This document shows positions 63,163-64,000 of a stretch of 64,000 nt of DNA, in pieces. Within the stretch, counting starts at the first letter, position 1. Each line of letters starts with the position of its first letter. The DNA lies in assembly GCA_963714975.1 (NCBI GenBank), contig CAVQQD010000002.1:256001-320000 (forward strand), written 5' to 3'. Position numbers and translations under genes: made by a program. The notes beneath the pieces are model-generated. The model was not told the DNA's origin. It was given only the letters and a program-made list of their open reading frames with translations, and did not search any database. The DNA is from an uncultured Gammaproteobacteria bacterium. GTDB taxonomy: Bacteria; Pseudomonadota; Gammaproteobacteria; JAURND01.

Positions 63163-63226
63163 ATTTTTCATGTTGATTACCCAACACTTTCAGAAAATCA
63201 AATTCAATCATTTCTCGGAGAATTTT

Positions 63227-63649
63227 ATGACACAACAATCACAAACTATTCCTGTCGCACGTATTTTAGTAACAGAAGACAACCGAATGGCCGCAAAAGC
63301 CGCACAAGGTTTGTTCAAAGATAAAAATTGCCACGTCGTTGTAGAAGGTTGCGCTAATGCAACACTCGAACATTTACAGGATCACTTCGACCTGCTGGTG
63401 GTCGACCTAGGTCTTCCGGATTTTAGTGGCCTTATTCTTGCGGAGAAAATTCGCAACTCTGGTGCTCCACTTGCAACTGCCCCGATTGTGATTTTAACCG
63501 CCCATGGCGATGAAACGCATAAAACCCAAGCTAAAAAATTGGGATTAAATGGATTTTTGCAGAAACCCTTAACCTCTGCATTATGCGATAGATTGTTGTG
63601 GCGTTTTGTGCGTATGCCTGTCGATAAAAATTATTTTCTTGAGAATTAG
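63227..63649 (+). CDS. Single-domain response regulator
   Basis: ILVTEDN, VVDLGLPD, ILTAH, KPL; SD ggag before ATG 63227. Confidence 0.88.
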   Translation: MTQQSQTIPVARILVTEDNRMAAKAAQGLFKDKNCHVVVEGCANATLEHLQDHFDLLVVDLGLPDFSGLILAEKIRNSGAPLATAPIVILTAHGDETHKTQAKKLGLNGFLQKPLTSALCDRLLWRFVRMPVDKNYFLEN

Positions 63650-63714
63650 TAACTACGGTATTGTTTATTATTGTTGTAGGCTAGACTAGCCTTCTTTTTA
63701 AAAGAGGGCTAATC

Positions 63715-64000
63715 ATGGAAAAAATATATTCCCCGCATGACCGATTTTTTCGCGCGGCAATGAGCGAGCCGCGTGTGGCGAAGGCGTTTTTCGAACATCA
63801 TTTACCAGAAGAAATTCTCAAAACCATAGATCTCGACACCTTGCGGGTAGATAAAGAAATTTTTGTGGATTCAAGGCTAAAGCTAGCGATTACAGATATA
63901 GTGTTTTCAGTAAATTATGCTAACAAGCCTGGTTCTTTGTATTTGCTGCTAGAACATCGCAGTAGTTTTACTCGTTGGCAAGCATTTATTTTATTGGTCT
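63715..64000 (+). CDS. Rpn/YhgA-like recombination-promoting nuclease (runs off window end)
   Basis: PHDRFFR..FFEHHLP..IDLDTL..FVD..TDIVF..LYLLLEH. Confidence 0.88.
   Translation, partial: MEKIYSPHDRFFRAAMSEPRVAKAFFEHHLPEEILKTIDLDTLRVDKEIFVDSRLKLAITDIVFSVNYANKPGSLYLLLEHRSSFTRWQAFILLV

Noticed and set aside
62924-63324. ORFs 62924-63238 (-) and 63121-63324 (+)
   Set aside because: Not conserved in copy 1; they overlap the hairpin and the response regulator

Overview
Chromosomal window from a moderately AT-rich gammaproteobacterium, inferred to be Legionellales/Coxiellales-like. Core genes include icd, clpA, rrf2-sufBCDSUAT, guaA-tadA, smc-zipA-ligA, glyQS and nadCBA. They are interleaved with many orphan or eukaryote-like candidate effectors: a double U-box/Sel1 protein, a kinase-ankyrin protein, a CaaX-tailed protein and several transmembrane-hairpin proteins. 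Several of these are preceded by PmrA-type boxes. Mobile and decayed elements include an IS1380-family element, IS21, hipBA, AAA-ATPase and Rpn remnants, and at least four families of REP/RPE-like palindromes. Some palindromes lie in frame inside genes or supply stop codons and ribosome-binding sites. The most notable unannotated signal is a ~450-bp cassette present twice (11405-11840 minus, 62710-63170 plus). It consists of a sense promoter, a structured leader, a 74-75 aa Cys/aromatic-rich ORF and a long 3' hairpin. A conserved antisense sigma70-like promoter inside the first codons is predicted to make a ~100-nt cis-antisense RNA covering the leader and RBS. This is a candidate new type I toxin-antitoxin or antisense-attenuator family. 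Frameshifts in icd, sufB and sufC look like sequencing indels. All calls were made by eye; no database search was run.
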